DNA of 64,000 nucleotides. It comes from Myxococcota bacterium (GTDB lineage Bacteria; Myxococcota_A; UBA9160). The position numbers and the translations under genes are program-made. The notes beneath the pieces were generated by a model. It did no database searches and was not told the origin of the DNA. It saw nothing but the letters and a program-made list of their open reading frames with translations. Positions 11,232 through 21,060 of the stretch are shown here, piece by piece (within the stretch, counting starts at the first letter, position 1; each line of letters starts with the position of its first letter). The DNA is taken from assembly GCA_035542715.1 (NCBI GenBank), contig DATKKW010000024.1, forward strand, positions 43,062-107,061. Reading direction: 5' to 3'.

Positions 11232-11651
11232 TCACTTCCAGCCGATCGGCTCGTAGCCCCGATCGCGCAGACAGCGTTCGACGAACGCCTTGTGCACCGG
11301 GTCGGGCTCGTGGGAGGAGAAGATCCCGGAGAGCAGGCCGGCCGTTCCGCCGCCCGCCGCGCCCATCGCGGCGCCCGTCCCCGCGTTGCCGCCGATCGCG
11401 CCCACGACCGCGCCGGTCGCCGCGCCCACGGCGGCCCCGCCCGCCGTCCGCTCGGCGGTCTCCGTCGCCGCCGACGAGGAGCTCGCGCCCTCCTGCTCCG
11501 CGAGCTCCGTACAGCGATCGATGTCGGCGTCGGCCTGGACCTGGCCGGCCTCCTGCAGATGCTCGTTCGGATACAGCACGGGACGTTTCGCGGCGCACGC
11601 CGCGAGCGCAAGGGCGAGCACGAGACACGCGAGAGCGGGCGCGAAGCGCAT
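11232..11651 (-). CDS. glycine-zipper lipoprotein
   Basis: ATG at 11651 gives MRFAPALACLVLALALAAC (lipobox). A Gly-zipper stretch GAATGAVVGAIGGNAGTGAAMGAAGGG follows. Confidence 0.65.
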   Translation of the reverse strand: MRFAPALACLVLALALAACAAKRPVLYPNEHLQEAGQVQADADIDRCTELAEQEGASSSSAATETAERTAGGAAVGAATGAVVGAIGGNAGTGAAMGAAGGGTAGLLSGIFSSHEPDPVHKAFVERCLRDRGYEPIGWK

Positions 11652-11680
11652 GGACGCCTCCGTTTCGACGGAACGCGCGT

Positions 11681-12772
11681 TCAGCGAGGCAACGCGTCCT
11701 GGCCGCGCTGCCGAAGCCAGTGGTCGGCGAGGACGAGGCAGACCATCGCCTCGACCATCGGGACGGCGCGCGGGAGCACGCACGGGTCGTGGCGACCCTG
11801 GGCCTCGAGCGTGACGGCGTGGCCCGCGCGATCGACCGTCTGCTGTGGGGACGAGATCGTCGCCGTGGGCTTGAACGCGACGCGCAGGACGATCGGCTCG
11901 CCGTTGGAGATCCCGCCCTGCACGCCGCCCGAGCGGTTCGACGCGGTACGCGGGCGGCCATCCTCGCCCGGCACGAAGGGATCGTTGTGCTCGAGCCCCG
12001 TCATGCGCGTTCCCGCGAAGCCGCTGCCGATCTCGAAGCCCTTCGACGCGGGCAGCGACATCAGTGCTCGGGCGAGCTCGGCCTCGAGCTTGTCGAAGAC
12101 GGGCTCGCCGAGGCCCGGCGGCACGTTCCGCGCCACGCACTCGACGACGCCGCCGAGGGAGTCGCCGCGCCGGCGCGCCGCGTCGATGCGCGCGGCCATC
12201 TCGGCCGCCGCCGCCGCATCGGGGCAGCGCACGTCGTTCGCCTCGACCTGCGCGAGCGTCACCGCCGCCGGATCGAGCTTCGCCTCGACCTCGTGCACCC
12301 GCGACACCCACGCCAGCACGTCGACGCCGGCGAGCTCGCGCAGGAGCTTGCGCGCGACCGCGCCCGCGGCGACGCGGCCGATCGTCTCGCGCGCGCTCGC
12401 CCGCCCGCCGCCCTGCCAGTTGCGGATGCCGTACTTCGCCTCGTAGGTGAAGTCGGCATGGGAGGGGCGGTACACGTCGCGCATGTGCTCGTAGGCGGAA
12501 GGCCGAGCGTCCTCGTTTCGCACGAGGATCGCGATCGGCGTGCCGAGGGTCCGACCCTCGAAGAGCCCCGAGAGGATCTCCGCGCGGTCCGCCTCCTGGC
12601 GCGGCGTCGTGAGCCGGCTCTGGCCGGGGCGGCGACGATCGAGATCGCGCTGGATCTCCGTCACGTCGAGCGGAAGGCGTGCCGGGCAGCCGTCGATCAC
12701 GACGCCGACGGCGCCGCCGTGGGACTCGCCGAACGTCGAGAGCCGGAACGCCTGGCCGAAGCTGCTGCCCAT
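11681..12772 (-). CDS. aroC: chorismate synthase
   Basis: ATG at 12772 gives [30 protein letters not shown], the canonical AroC N-terminus. Length is 363 aa. Confidence 0.9.
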   Translation of the reverse strand: MGSSFGQAFRLSTFGESHGGAVGVVIDGCPARLPLDVTEIQRDLDRRRPGQSRLTTPRQEADRAEILSGLFEGRTLGTPIAILVRNEDARPSAYEHMRDVYRPSHADFTYEAKYGIRNWQGGGRASARETIGRVAAGAVARKLLRELAGVDVLAWVSRVHEVEAKLDPAAVTLAQVEANDVRCPDAAAAAEMAARIDAARRRGDSLGGVVECVARNVPPGLGEPVFDKLEAELARALMSLPASKGFEIGSGFAGTRMTGLEHNDPFVPGEDGRPRTASNRSGGVQGGISNGEPIVLRVAFKPTATISSPQQTVDRAGHAVTLEAQGRHDPCVLPRAVPMVEAMVCLVLADHWLRQRGQDALPR

Positions 12773-12817
12773 GCGTGCGCGAGAATAGGGCCGGCCTCCG
12801 GGCCGGGCCAACGCGGC

Positions 12818-13381
12818 CTAGCGCGATCGCGGCCGCGCGCGACGCAGGTAGACCCACGTCGCGCCGTCGCCGCCGTCGCGCGGCGCCGCCGTGGTGAAGG
12901 CCAGCACGAGGGGCGCGGCGCGGGCATCCGCGAGCCAGCCCGGCAGCGCGTCGCGCAGCACGGCGACGCCGCCCGGCGAGCGCGCCCCGCGGCCGTGGAC
13001 GATGCGCAGGCAGCGCACGCCTCCGGCGTACGCGTCGGCGAGAGCCGTGTGCACCGCGCGCTCGGACGCCGCCGCGCTCAGGCCGTGGAGGTCGAGGACG
13101 ACCTCCGCGGCGATCTCTCCCGAGCGGAGGCGCCGGAGGAGCGCGCGATCCGCGCCGTCGCCGAGGCCCGACGCCGCGGCGCCCCGACGCTCGACTCGGA
13201 TCGGTGTCGGCTTCGCGACGGAGGCGCCGGCGTCCGACGCCGGCGAGGGCGCGCCGGCCGCGGGACGGGGCCTCGGGCGAGGAGGCGAGGCGCGCTCGGT
13301 CCGTCGGCGGAGGGGCTTCACGTCGCGGAGCGCCGCCTCGAGGGCGGCGCGCTCGTCGTCCTCCCGCGGCGGTCGGCTCAT
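12818..13381 (-). CDS. Smr domain protein
   Basis: ATG at 13381 overlaps the mutY stop (ATGA). The C-terminal LDLHGL....A...L......G.R.LRIVHGRG pattern is the Smr/MutS2 C-terminal domain. Confidence 0.75.
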   Translation of the reverse strand: MSRPPREDDERAALEAALRDVKPLRRRTERASPPRPRPRPAAGAPSPASDAGASVAKPTPIRVERRGAAASGLGDGADRALLRRLRSGEIAAEVVLDLHGLSAAASERAVHTALADAYAGGVRCLRIVHGRGARSPGGVAVLRDALPGWLADARAAPLVLAFTTAAPRDGGDGATWVYLRRARPRSR

Positions 13382-14490
13382 GTGCGGCGTCTGCGGGCAG
13401 CGACGATTGCGGCGGCGCCCCTCGCCCGCGCCACCGCCTTTCGCGTGAGCGCGCTCCGCGCGAGCGCCTCCAGGGCCGCCGGCTCGAGCCAGCGGTGCGC
13501 GTCGTAGCCGTCGCGGCGCAGGCGACCGGCGGCGACCTCGGCGCGGAACAGGTGGAGGCGCAGGCGCCGGTGCGTGAAGACGTGCTCGACGGCGCCGGCC
13601 GGGCTCGCGGACTCGAGCGCGAGGCCGAGCCGCTCGCGCAGCGCCCGCTCGAGCGCGTCGCGCGGCTTCTCGCCCCGCGCGACGTCTCCGCCGGGAAGCT
13701 CCCAGAGCCCCCCGAGCAGGCCGCCCGCCGCGCGCCGCACGGCGAGGACGCGGCCGCGCCGCTCGATCCACGCGGCCACGCCGGTGACGGCGCGCGGTGT
13801 CGCCCGCGCCGTCCGGGCCGGCAGGGACTCCGCGTCGCCGCGCGCCCGCGCGTCGCAGCCGGCGGCGATCGGGCAGACGTCGCAGCCTGGCGCGCGCGGC
13901 GTGCAGACCAGGGCGCCGAGCTCCATCAACGCCTGGTTGAGATCGCCCGGCGCGGGACCGTGCGCGAGCTCCGCCGCCGCCTTCCAGAGCCGCTCGGCCG
14001 TTGCGGCCTGCTTCACGTCGTCGCGCACACCGAGGAAGCGGGAGAGCACGCGCTCGACGTTGCCGTCGAGGATCGGCGTCGGTCGGTCGAAGGCGATCGA
14101 CGCGATCGCGCCCGCCGTGTAGCGACCGACGCCGGGCAGCTCGCGCAGGCGCTCCGCGTCGTCGGGAAGCGCTCCGCCGAAGCGTTCCCGGATGACGCGC
14201 GCCGCGGCATGGAGGTTGCGCGCCCGCGAGTAGTAGCCGAGGCCGGCCCAGCGTTCGTACACCTCTTCGAGCTCGGCGGTCGCGAGGGCCTCGACGTTCG
14301 GGAAGCGCTCGAGGAAGCGCGCGTAGTAGCCGAGCACCGTCTCGACGCGCGTCTGCTGCAGCATCGCCTCGGAGATCCAGATCGCGTAGGGGTCGCGGGT
14401 TCGGCGCCACGGGAGATCGCGACGGCTCGCGCGGTACCAGGCGAGGAGGGCCTCTCGCGCGCGGGCGAGCGCGACGCCGGTCGACTTCAC
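13378..14490 (-). CDS. mutY: A/G-specific adenine DNA glycosylase
   Basis: It carries PYAIWISEAMLQQTRV, an HhH-GPD region, the 4Fe-4S loop CTPRAPGCDVCPIAAGC and a NUDIX-like C-terminal domain. GTG start at 14490 overlaps the sfsA stop. Confidence 0.85.
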   Translation of the reverse strand: MKSTGVALARAREALLAWYRASRRDLPWRRTRDPYAIWISEAMLQQTRVETVLGYYARFLERFPNVEALATAELEEVYERWAGLGYYSRARNLHAAARVIRERFGGALPDDAERLRELPGVGRYTAGAIASIAFDRPTPILDGNVERVLSRFLGVRDDVKQAATAERLWKAAAELAHGPAPGDLNQALMELGALVCTPRAPGCDVCPIAAGCDARARGDAESLPARTARATPRAVTGVAAWIERRGRVLAVRRAAGGLLGGLWELPGGDVARGEKPRDALERALRERLGLALESASPAGAVEHVFTHRRLRLHLFRAEVAAGRLRRDGYDAHRWLEPAALEALARSALTRKAVARARGAAAIVAARRRRT

Positions 14491-15194
14491 AAGAGCACCG
14501 GGAGCTCGCCCTCGAGCGCGAGCGCGCGCGGCGAGACGCGCGCCCGGATCGCGCGCAGCTCGACGCCGCCGGCCGCCGCCGCGCGGAGCGCGCGCCCGTA
14601 GGCCGGATCGAGATCGTCCGCCGGCTCGACGCGGTCGCAGTCGGCGCGCTGCACGACGAAGAGCAGGAGCGCACGCTCGCCGCGGGCGCGGAGCTTCGCG
14701 AGGGTCTCGAGGTGGCGGCGGCCGCGCTCCGTCACGCTGTCGGGGAAGCGCGCGAGGCGTCCGGCGGCGAGCGTGACGCTCTTCACCTCGACCCACGCGG
14801 GCCGCGGGTCGCTCGCGTGATCGTCGAGCCGGAAGTCGAGGCGTGCCCCGTCGCCGGCCGCCGCCTCGCGACGCACGGTCGCGTAGCCCTCGAGGAACGG
14901 GAGCCGCCGCGCCGCGAGCGCCGCGGCGACGAGCTGGTTCGCGCGCGTCGTGTGCAGCCCGACCCACGCCCGTCCGACCCGGATCATCTCGAGGGTGTGG
15001 GCGAGCTTTCGCGTCGGGCTCTCGCTCGTGGAGCAGCGCACGCGCGCGCCCGGCGTGGCGCAGCCCAACATGCTCCCGGGATTCGGGCAGTGGACGGTCA
15101 GGACGCGACCGTCGGCGAGCGCGACGTCGGCGAAGAAGCGCTGGTAGCGGCGCAGCAGGCTGCCCTCGAGGTCGGCCTCGAGGGAGACCCTCAC
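14487..15194 (-). CDS. sfsA: sugar fermentation stimulation protein SfsA (nuclease-like DNA-binding protein)
   Basis: 235 aa. LLRRYQRFFADV...HCPNPGSM...EVKSVTL match the SfsA family. GTG at 15194 overlaps the upstream stop (GTGA). Confidence 0.85.
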   Translation of the reverse strand: MRVSLEADLEGSLLRRYQRFFADVALADGRVLTVHCPNPGSMLGCATPGARVRCSTSESPTRKLAHTLEMIRVGRAWVGLHTTRANQLVAAALAARRLPFLEGYATVRREAAAGDGARLDFRLDDHASDPRPAWVEVKSVTLAAGRLARFPDSVTERGRRHLETLAKLRARGERALLLFVVQRADCDRVEPADDLDPAYGRALRAAAAGGVELRAIRARVSPRALALEGELPVLL

Positions 15195-16621
15195 CGCTTC
15201 GCCGGAGCCCGGCCCCTGGCCGCCGGCGGAGCGCTCGCGGCCGGCGCCGGCGCGGCACCCGGCGCCCCCGCCCGCGGCGGCAGCAGCGCGTCGATCTTCT
15301 CGCGGATCCACTTCGCGTCCCACCACTCCACCGGGTCGACGTAGGTGTCGCGCACGAGGATGGCGAAGTGGAGGTGGTCTCCGCCCGCGAGGCCCGTCGC
15401 TCCGGAGAGCCCGATCGTCTGGCCCTTCGTCACCCGGTCGCCCACCGCGACGTCGATCCGGGAGAGGTGGCCGTAGAGCGACGTCACGCCGTACCCGTGG
15501 TCGATCACGACGCAGCTCCCGTAGATGCCGAGGTCGTCGGCGTAGATCACGCGGCCGGAGTTCGCCGCGGTGATCGGGGAGTGGGCGGTGGTCGCGAGGT
15601 CGAAGCCGTAGTGCGTCGCCTCGGAGATCTTCTTGCCTTCGGTGAAGTAGTGCCGCCGCTCGGCGAACTGGCTCGTGACCTTCGAGTTCCGGAGCTGCTC
15701 GAAGGCGCCCTCCCATAGGCGCTCGGGCACCGTGTCCGCGACGATCTCCCGCACGCGCGCCTCGTCGGCCTGGCGGCCGGCGCTGTTGATCTCCTGGAAC
15801 GCGCGGACGGGATCGCTCGCGTCGATGTTCCGTGCCGCGGCGAGCTCCGTCACCTTGTTCGCGAAGAAGCTCGCCGGAAGGTTCAGGTCGACGTCCGGGA
15901 ACGAGCGCTCCTTCAGGATCGTCTGCCAGCCCTGGGCCGAGACGTTTCCCGCCGGGTCCTCGGCGACGACCCGGATCGACGGCTGCGGCGCAGCGTCGCG
16001 CGGGATCGCGAAGAAGGCGAGACGCCGGCGCTGGGCCGGCTCGCTGCCCGGATACGGGAATCCGGGGTAGAAGTGGCCCGCCACGTCGACGCCGTCGCGC
16101 ACCACGTCCTCGGAGATCGAGTACACCGCGATGCCCGCCCCGGCCCGCTGCAGGTAGGTCTGGCCGTTCTCGATCGCGATGCGCGGCGGCTTCAGATCGA
16201 CCAGCACGGGCAGCTCGACCACCGTCTCGTTGCCGGCGAAGAAGTCGCTCCACGACCAGTCGCGCGCGGTCACCTTGAGCGTCGCGCTGCCATCCTTGAG
16301 GCCGAGGCCCTTCGGGTCGACGGGAATCTCGAGGCGCTCCTGGGACGGGCGCGTCTCGCCGCCGCGGAGCAGGCTGCCGGGCCAGCTCCGCGCCACGAGG
16401 GGCGTGGCGCCCGTCGGCAGCACGAGCTCGGCGGTCACGGAGCGCAGGCCCGAGCCCGCGTCGGCGACGTCCAGCACGAGCGTCTTCGGCTCGCGGCCCA
16501 GGGAGAGGGGCTGCGCGGCGCTGATCGAGGGCGCGCTGCGCTCGCAGCGCGAGAGGCCCAGCGCGACCCCGCTGCCCACGACGAGGACGAGCACGACGAC
16601 GAGAGCCGCACGGAATCTCAA
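15191..16621 (-). CDS. M23 family metallopeptidase, membrane-anchored
   Basis: The C-terminal LytM domain has HYGFDLA...GLSGATGLAGGDHLHFAI. The TM anchor is LRFRAALVVVLVLVVGSG. I placed the start at TTG 16621, downstream of a G-rich SD. GTG 16669/16687 are alternatives. The track start at 16846 would overlap the divergent gene. Confidence 0.75.
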   Translation of the reverse strand: MRFRAALVVVLVLVVGSGVALGLSRCERSAPSISAAQPLSLGREPKTLVLDVADAGSGLRSVTAELVLPTGATPLVARSWPGSLLRGGETRPSQERLEIPVDPKGLGLKDGSATLKVTARDWSWSDFFAGNETVVELPVLVDLKPPRIAIENGQTYLQRAGAGIAVYSISEDVVRDGVDVAGHFYPGFPYPGSEPAQRRRLAFFAIPRDAAPQPSIRVVAEDPAGNVSAQGWQTILKERSFPDVDLNLPASFFANKVTELAAARNIDASDPVRAFQEINSAGRQADEARVREIVADTVPERLWEGAFEQLRNSKVTSQFAERRHYFTEGKKISEATHYGFDLATTAHSPITAANSGRVIYADDLGIYGSCVVIDHGYGVTSLYGHLSRIDVAVGDRVTKGQTIGLSGATGLAGGDHLHFAILVRDTYVDPVEWWDAKWIREKIDALLPPRAGAPGAAPAPAASAPPAARGRAPAKR

Positions 16622-16784
16622 GGACCACCCCCCAGCCGACGCGCGGAGCGCCGATCCGGCGCATTGCACCCTCTCGCGAGCGTTGACGCAAGGGCGCGGC
16701 TCCGGGAAGCTCCGCGCGGCCGGGGCTGCTTCGGCCCCACGCCCGCGTCTCCGCGGGCCCCCATCGACCGATCCCGGAGGAGCC

Positions 16785-17408
16785 ATGAGCACCGTGCGCC
16801 GCCTGATCCTCGTCCGCCACGGCGAGACCCTCGGAGAGTCGAGCACCCGCTACCACGGCAGCTCGGACGTCGAGCTCTCGCCCGAAGGCATCGAGCAGAT
16901 GCACGAGGCGCGGCGCGCGCTGCAGATCGAGCTCGACGGCTACGTGATCGCCTCGAGCCCGCTGAAGCGCGCCTGGAAGGGTGCGTGGATCCTGGGCGAC
17001 GGCGCGCCGGTGCAGCTCGTCGACGGCTTCCGCGAGATCCACTTCGGACGCTGGGAGGGAATGAGCCGCGAGGAGATCCAGGCGGCGGATCCCGTCTCCT
17101 ACGAAGACTGGCAGAACGGCGTCGAGGGCTTCGAGTACCCCGGCGGCGAGTCGCGAGCGGCCTTCCGGGAGCGCGTGCTGCGCGCGCTCGGCCGCCTGCT
17201 CGGGGCGCAGGCCCACACCGCCGTCGTGGTCGCCCACAAGGGCGTGATCCGCACCGTGGTCGAGGCATTGACGGGCCAGAAGCTCGAGCGCGACGAGCCC
17301 ACGCTCGGAGGCGTGGTGCAGCTCGTGGCCCAGCCCGATGGCGCGTGGCGCCTGGGGGTGCGCTCGAGCGACCCGCCGGCCCTCGCGGCGGCCGAAGCCG
17401 CGGCCTGA
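16785..17408 (+). CDS. histidine phosphatase (phosphoglycerate mutase-like) family protein
   Basis: ATG at 16785 follows a GGAGG SD. LILVRHGET is the RHG catalytic motif. Length is 207 aa. Confidence 0.8.
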   Translation: MSTVRRLILVRHGETLGESSTRYHGSSDVELSPEGIEQMHEARRALQIELDGYVIASSPLKRAWKGAWILGDGAPVQLVDGFREIHFGRWEGMSREEIQAADPVSYEDWQNGVEGFEYPGGESRAAFRERVLRALGRLLGAQAHTAVVVAHKGVIRTVVEALTGQKLERDEPTLGGVVQLVAQPDGAWRLGVRSSDPPALAAAEAAA

Positions 17409-17421
17409 AGCACGGCGGGCC

Positions 17422-18714
17422 TCAGCCCGCCGCGGCCCGCAGGGCGAGGCCGCTCGCGACGCTCGTGAGCTCGCCGCCGCTCCGGAGCTTCTCCGCGCCG
17501 AAGCGCGACTCGAACACGCGGCGCACCGCGGGCACGAGCGACGAGCCGCCGGTCAGGAAGACCCGGTCCACCTCCTTCGGCGCCACGTTCGTCGCGCCGA
17601 GGAGTCGGTCGACGCACGCCTCGATCGCGCGGACCTCGGGTCCGATCCAGTCCTCGAAATCGCCGCGCGCGACGGGCGCCTCGATCCCGATCGGCCCGTC
17701 CTCGAACGCGAAGCGCGCGAGCGACGCGCCCGAGAGCGCGTGCTTCGTCGCCTCCACGGAGCGGTGGAGCGCGAAGCCGAGATCGTGGTCGACGACGTGG
17801 ATCAGCGCCTCGAGGGGGGCCGGATCGAGCGCTTCCTTCCGGAGCTGATGGAGGAGATGGAGGGTGTCCGGCGCGCGCAGGAACACGAGATGGTGCCACC
17901 GCTCGAGGTGCTTGTAGAGCCAGGCCGGAACGGGCAGCACGCGGCCGAAGATCGAGCGGAACTCCCCGCCCTGCCCGAGCTCCGGGGCGACGACGTGCCG
18001 CACGATCCGTCCGTCGAAGGCGTCGCCGGCGAGCCCGACGCCCTCGGTGCCGAGCACCAGCGCCTCTCCGTCGCGCCGGCGTCGCACGCCGGGTCCGACC
18101 TGGAGCAGGCAGAAGTCGCTCGTGCCGCCGCCGAAGTCCCCGATCAGGACGAGCTCGTCGTGGTCGAGGCCGCGCTCGTAGTGCCAGGCAGCGGCGACCG
18201 GCTCGTGCTCGAACTCCACCTCGGAGAATCCGGCCGCGGCGAAGGCGCGGCGCAGGCGCAGCAGGGCGAGCGCCTCGTCGGCCTCGTCGCCTCCCACGAA
18301 GCGCACCGGGCGCCCGACGACCGCGCGGCTTCCGAGCGGGCCGAGATCGCGCTCGGCGCCCTCTCGCAAGGCGCGCACGAGGTAGGCGATCAGCGTCTCG
18401 AGGGAGAGCGTCGTGCCGAAGACGTTGGTCGAGGTGAAGAGACGGCTCGAGAGGAAGCTCTTGAGCGACTGCATGAGCCGACCGGCGCCCGCGGCCTCGA
18501 GCCAGCGGTCGAGCGCTTCGGGTCCCGCCGCAGGCACGAGCCGCCCGTTGCGCTCGCGCTCGTCGGGATGGAAGAAGAGGATGGATCGGAACACCGCCGT
18601 CGGGCCGGCGGCGGATGCGAAGCGGGCGAGGCGGGCGCCGCCCCCGCTCGCGACCGCGACCGCGCTGTTCGTCGTGCCAAAGTCGATGCCGACTCCCCGG
18701 CCGTCGCTCCCCAT
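17422..18714 (-). CDS. Hsp70-family ATPase (YegD-like, no substrate-binding domain)
   Basis: ATG at 18714. Actin-fold phosphate motifs GIDFGTTNSAVA and DFGGGTSDF are present. The 430-aa length fits only the nucleotide-binding domain. Confidence 0.8.
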   Translation of the reverse strand: MGSDGRGVGIDFGTTNSAVAVASGGGARLARFASAAGPTAVFRSILFFHPDERERNGRLVPAAGPEALDRWLEAAGAGRLMQSLKSFLSSRLFTSTNVFGTTLSLETLIAYLVRALREGAERDLGPLGSRAVVGRPVRFVGGDEADEALALLRLRRAFAAAGFSEVEFEHEPVAAAWHYERGLDHDELVLIGDFGGGTSDFCLLQVGPGVRRRRDGEALVLGTEGVGLAGDAFDGRIVRHVVAPELGQGGEFRSIFGRVLPVPAWLYKHLERWHHLVFLRAPDTLHLLHQLRKEALDPAPLEALIHVVDHDLGFALHRSVEATKHALSGASLARFAFEDGPIGIEAPVARGDFEDWIGPEVRAIEACVDRLLGATNVAPKEVDRVFLTGGSSLVPAVRRVFESRFGAEKLRSGGELTSVASGLALRAAAG

Positions 18715-18838
18715 GACGCCGCTCCTCGAACGCAAATACACGACCGCCCCGCCCGGCGTGCGCCGGGGGGGTGTCGTGTCCTCTGGGCTGCGCGCAGGGT
18801 AGCGGGCGCCGGCCGCCGCGCGACCCGCTCCGCTCCGG

Positions 18839-19780
18839 TCACCAGAGCGTGCGCAGCTCCGAGTCCCCCTGGAGCACGAAGCGCGGGAGCTCGAGCCGCG
18901 GTGTCCGGCGCCGACACTGGCCGGGGACGGCCGTCACGGCGAGCTCCACGCCGAGCTCCCGGAGGAGCTCCTTCGTGTTCTCGTCCCAGTCGCCGGCCTC
19001 GCCGCCCGGGTAGGCGAAGAGGTCGGTGGGCCCGCGCGTCAGCTCGCGCAGGCGGCAGAGGGAGGTCGCGATCTCCTCGCGCTGTGCCGCCGGCGTCATG
19101 CGCGAGAGGATCGCCGCGTGATGGCTCGCCGCGCCGAAGGCGAATGCGCCCGACGCGGCCATCGCGAGGATCGACGGCGCGTCGAGGAAGCGCCACGGAG
19201 ATCCGCGCGGCGGCTCGACGTCGGGATCGACCTCGAGCCGACGCGAGATCGCGTCGGCCTCCGCCTCGAGCTCCGGGGCGGGAAGCGTCGCGAGCTCGCG
19301 CCGCAGGCGAGCCAACGCGTCGACGCGGGTCTCGGGGCGCGCGAGCGCGACCCGCAGCCCGCGCCAGACGAGGGTCACCGCGCGCGTCTCGTCGAGGGCG
19401 CGATGCAGGCGAGCGAACCAGGGCGGGCGCGGCGCTGCGATCGCGCTCGTCGTGAGGAAGCAGGTCGCGGGCAGGCCCATCGATCGCAGCAGCGGGAGCG
19501 CGTGATCGTGGGTGCTCTGGAAGCCGCCGTCGAAGGTGAGCGCGGCGGCCGGGCCCGCGACGCGTCCGCGCCGCAGCGCCACCATGCCCTCGTGCAGGGG
19601 GATCACGCTGAACGCGCGTGCGATGCCCTCGAGCTTCACGCGGAAGGCGGCGAGCTCCATGAGACGGACGTCGGGAAGCGCGAGCGGAGCGTCGACCAGG
19701 CCACGGAACGCGAAGATCGTGAGCGTGCGGCGCCCCGGTCGCGCTCGGAGCCGCCGCCAGGCCGCCTGGATCGCCGTCAT
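18839..19780 (-). CDS. polysaccharide deacetylase (NodB)-like protein, catalytic motifs degenerate
   Basis: ATG at 19780 (MTAIQAAW). NodB-like TFDGGFQSTHDHALPLL replaces TFDDG, and the usual H-x-x-x-H motif is not evident. Confidence 0.6.
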   Translation of the reverse strand: MTAIQAAWRRLRARPGRRTLTIFAFRGLVDAPLALPDVRLMELAAFRVKLEGIARAFSVIPLHEGMVALRRGRVAGPAAALTFDGGFQSTHDHALPLLRSMGLPATCFLTTSAIAAPRPPWFARLHRALDETRAVTLVWRGLRVALARPETRVDALARLRRELATLPAPELEAEADAISRRLEVDPDVEPPRGSPWRFLDAPSILAMAASGAFAFGAASHHAAILSRMTPAAQREEIATSLCRLRELTRGPTDLFAYPGGEAGDWDENTKELLRELGVELAVTAVPGQCRRRTPRLELPRFVLQGDSELRTLW

Positions 19781-19917
19781 GCCGCCTCTCGGCCCGGCGC
19801 GCGCGGCGCCGCCGCGGCGTACCGTACACCAGGCGGAGGCTTCGGACGGAGCCCCGCCGGCGCTCTGTGCGAAGATGGGTGCAGGCGGCGCACTCCCACA
19901 CCCCCCGCGAGGCTTCC

Positions 19918-21060
19918 GTGCACGTCTTCCTCCTCCTTCTCGTGGTCCTCGCCCTGACGCTCCTCTGGGCATGGCGCCGACCGAACCGCTCCAGGGTCGA
20001 TCCGCGCCTCGACCTCGAGACCTGGCAGGTCGTCGGCGACGGGCTCCACAACTCCAACACCGATCTCGTCCACTGGCACGGCGCGTTCTGGCTGGTGCAC
20101 GCGGCCTCGCCCTGGCACCTCGGGAGCAAGCAATGCCGGCTCGTGATCCGGCGCTCCGACGACGGCCGGGTCTTTTCCTGGGCGAGCGAGCTCACGATGC
20201 CGGGCCAGGACATCCGCGACCCGAAGCTCGTGCCGATCGGCGCGAAGCTCTTCCTGTACGCGCTCCCGAACACGGGCCTCGCGGCCACGCCCTACGGCAC
20301 GGTCTACTCGACGAGCGAGGACGGCCTTCGCTGGGAGTCCCTGCGTCCGATCGAGATCGAGGGCCTGCCGGAGGACGAGGCGAGCGGCTGGCTCCTCTGG
20401 CGACCGAAGACACGCGACGGCGTCACCTGGCTCGTCCCCGCCTACTGGCGCGACCACGGGCGCTCCATCCTCCTCTCGACACAGGACGGGGTCCGCTTCC
20501 GGCTCGTGTCCCGGATCTGGCAGGGCGACGGGAACGACGAGACCGACTTCGAGTTCCTCCCCGACGGCCGCATCCTGGCGACCGCGCGGCTCGAGATCGC
20601 GCCCGACTCGCTCCTCGGCCACCCGGGCGCGCATACGCTCCTCGCCACGGCGGCGCCGCCCTACGAGCGCTGGAGCTACGCGAAGAGCTTCGTCGCGCGC
20701 CTCGACGGCCCGGCGCTCTTCGCCCACGACGGGCGCGTCTTCGCGGTGGCGCGCTACCAGCCGCCGCCCTTCGGGCGCCTCACGCGCCAGGCGAGCGCGC
20801 TCGCGCGCAAGCGAACCGCGCTCTACGTCGTGGAGCCCGATCGTCTCGTCCACCTGTCGGACGTGCCGAGCGCCGGCGACACGAGCTACGCGGGCGTGGT
20901 GCTGCGCGAGGGCAGCCTCTTCTTCAGCTACTACACGAGCGACGTACGGCGCGACTGGCCGTGGCTCCTCGGCATGTTCCTGCCGAGCGAGATCCGGATG
21001 GGACGCGTGTCGCTCACCGCGCTCGCGAAGCTCGCGGAAGCAGAGGCGCCGCGCGCCTAG
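19918..21060 (+). CDS. membrane-anchored BNR/sialidase-like beta-propeller protein
   Basis: GTG at 19918 follows GAGG and gives VHVFLLLLVVLALTLLWAW, a TM anchor. Repeated S.DG..W-type segments (RSDDGRVFSW, STSEDGLRWE, STQDGVRF) resemble Asp-box/BNR repeats. Confidence 0.55.
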   Translation: MHVFLLLLVVLALTLLWAWRRPNRSRVDPRLDLETWQVVGDGLHNSNTDLVHWHGAFWLVHAASPWHLGSKQCRLVIRRSDDGRVFSWASELTMPGQDIRDPKLVPIGAKLFLYALPNTGLAATPYGTVYSTSEDGLRWESLRPIEIEGLPEDEASGWLLWRPKTRDGVTWLVPAYWRDHGRSILLSTQDGVRFRLVSRIWQGDGNDETDFEFLPDGRILATARLEIAPDSLLGHPGAHTLLATAAPPYERWSYAKSFVARLDGPALFAHDGRVFAVARYQPPPFGRLTRQASALARKRTALYVVEPDRLVHLSDVPSAGDTSYAGVVLREGSLFFSYYTSDVRRDWPWLLGMFLPSEIRMGRVSLTALAKLAEAEAPRA

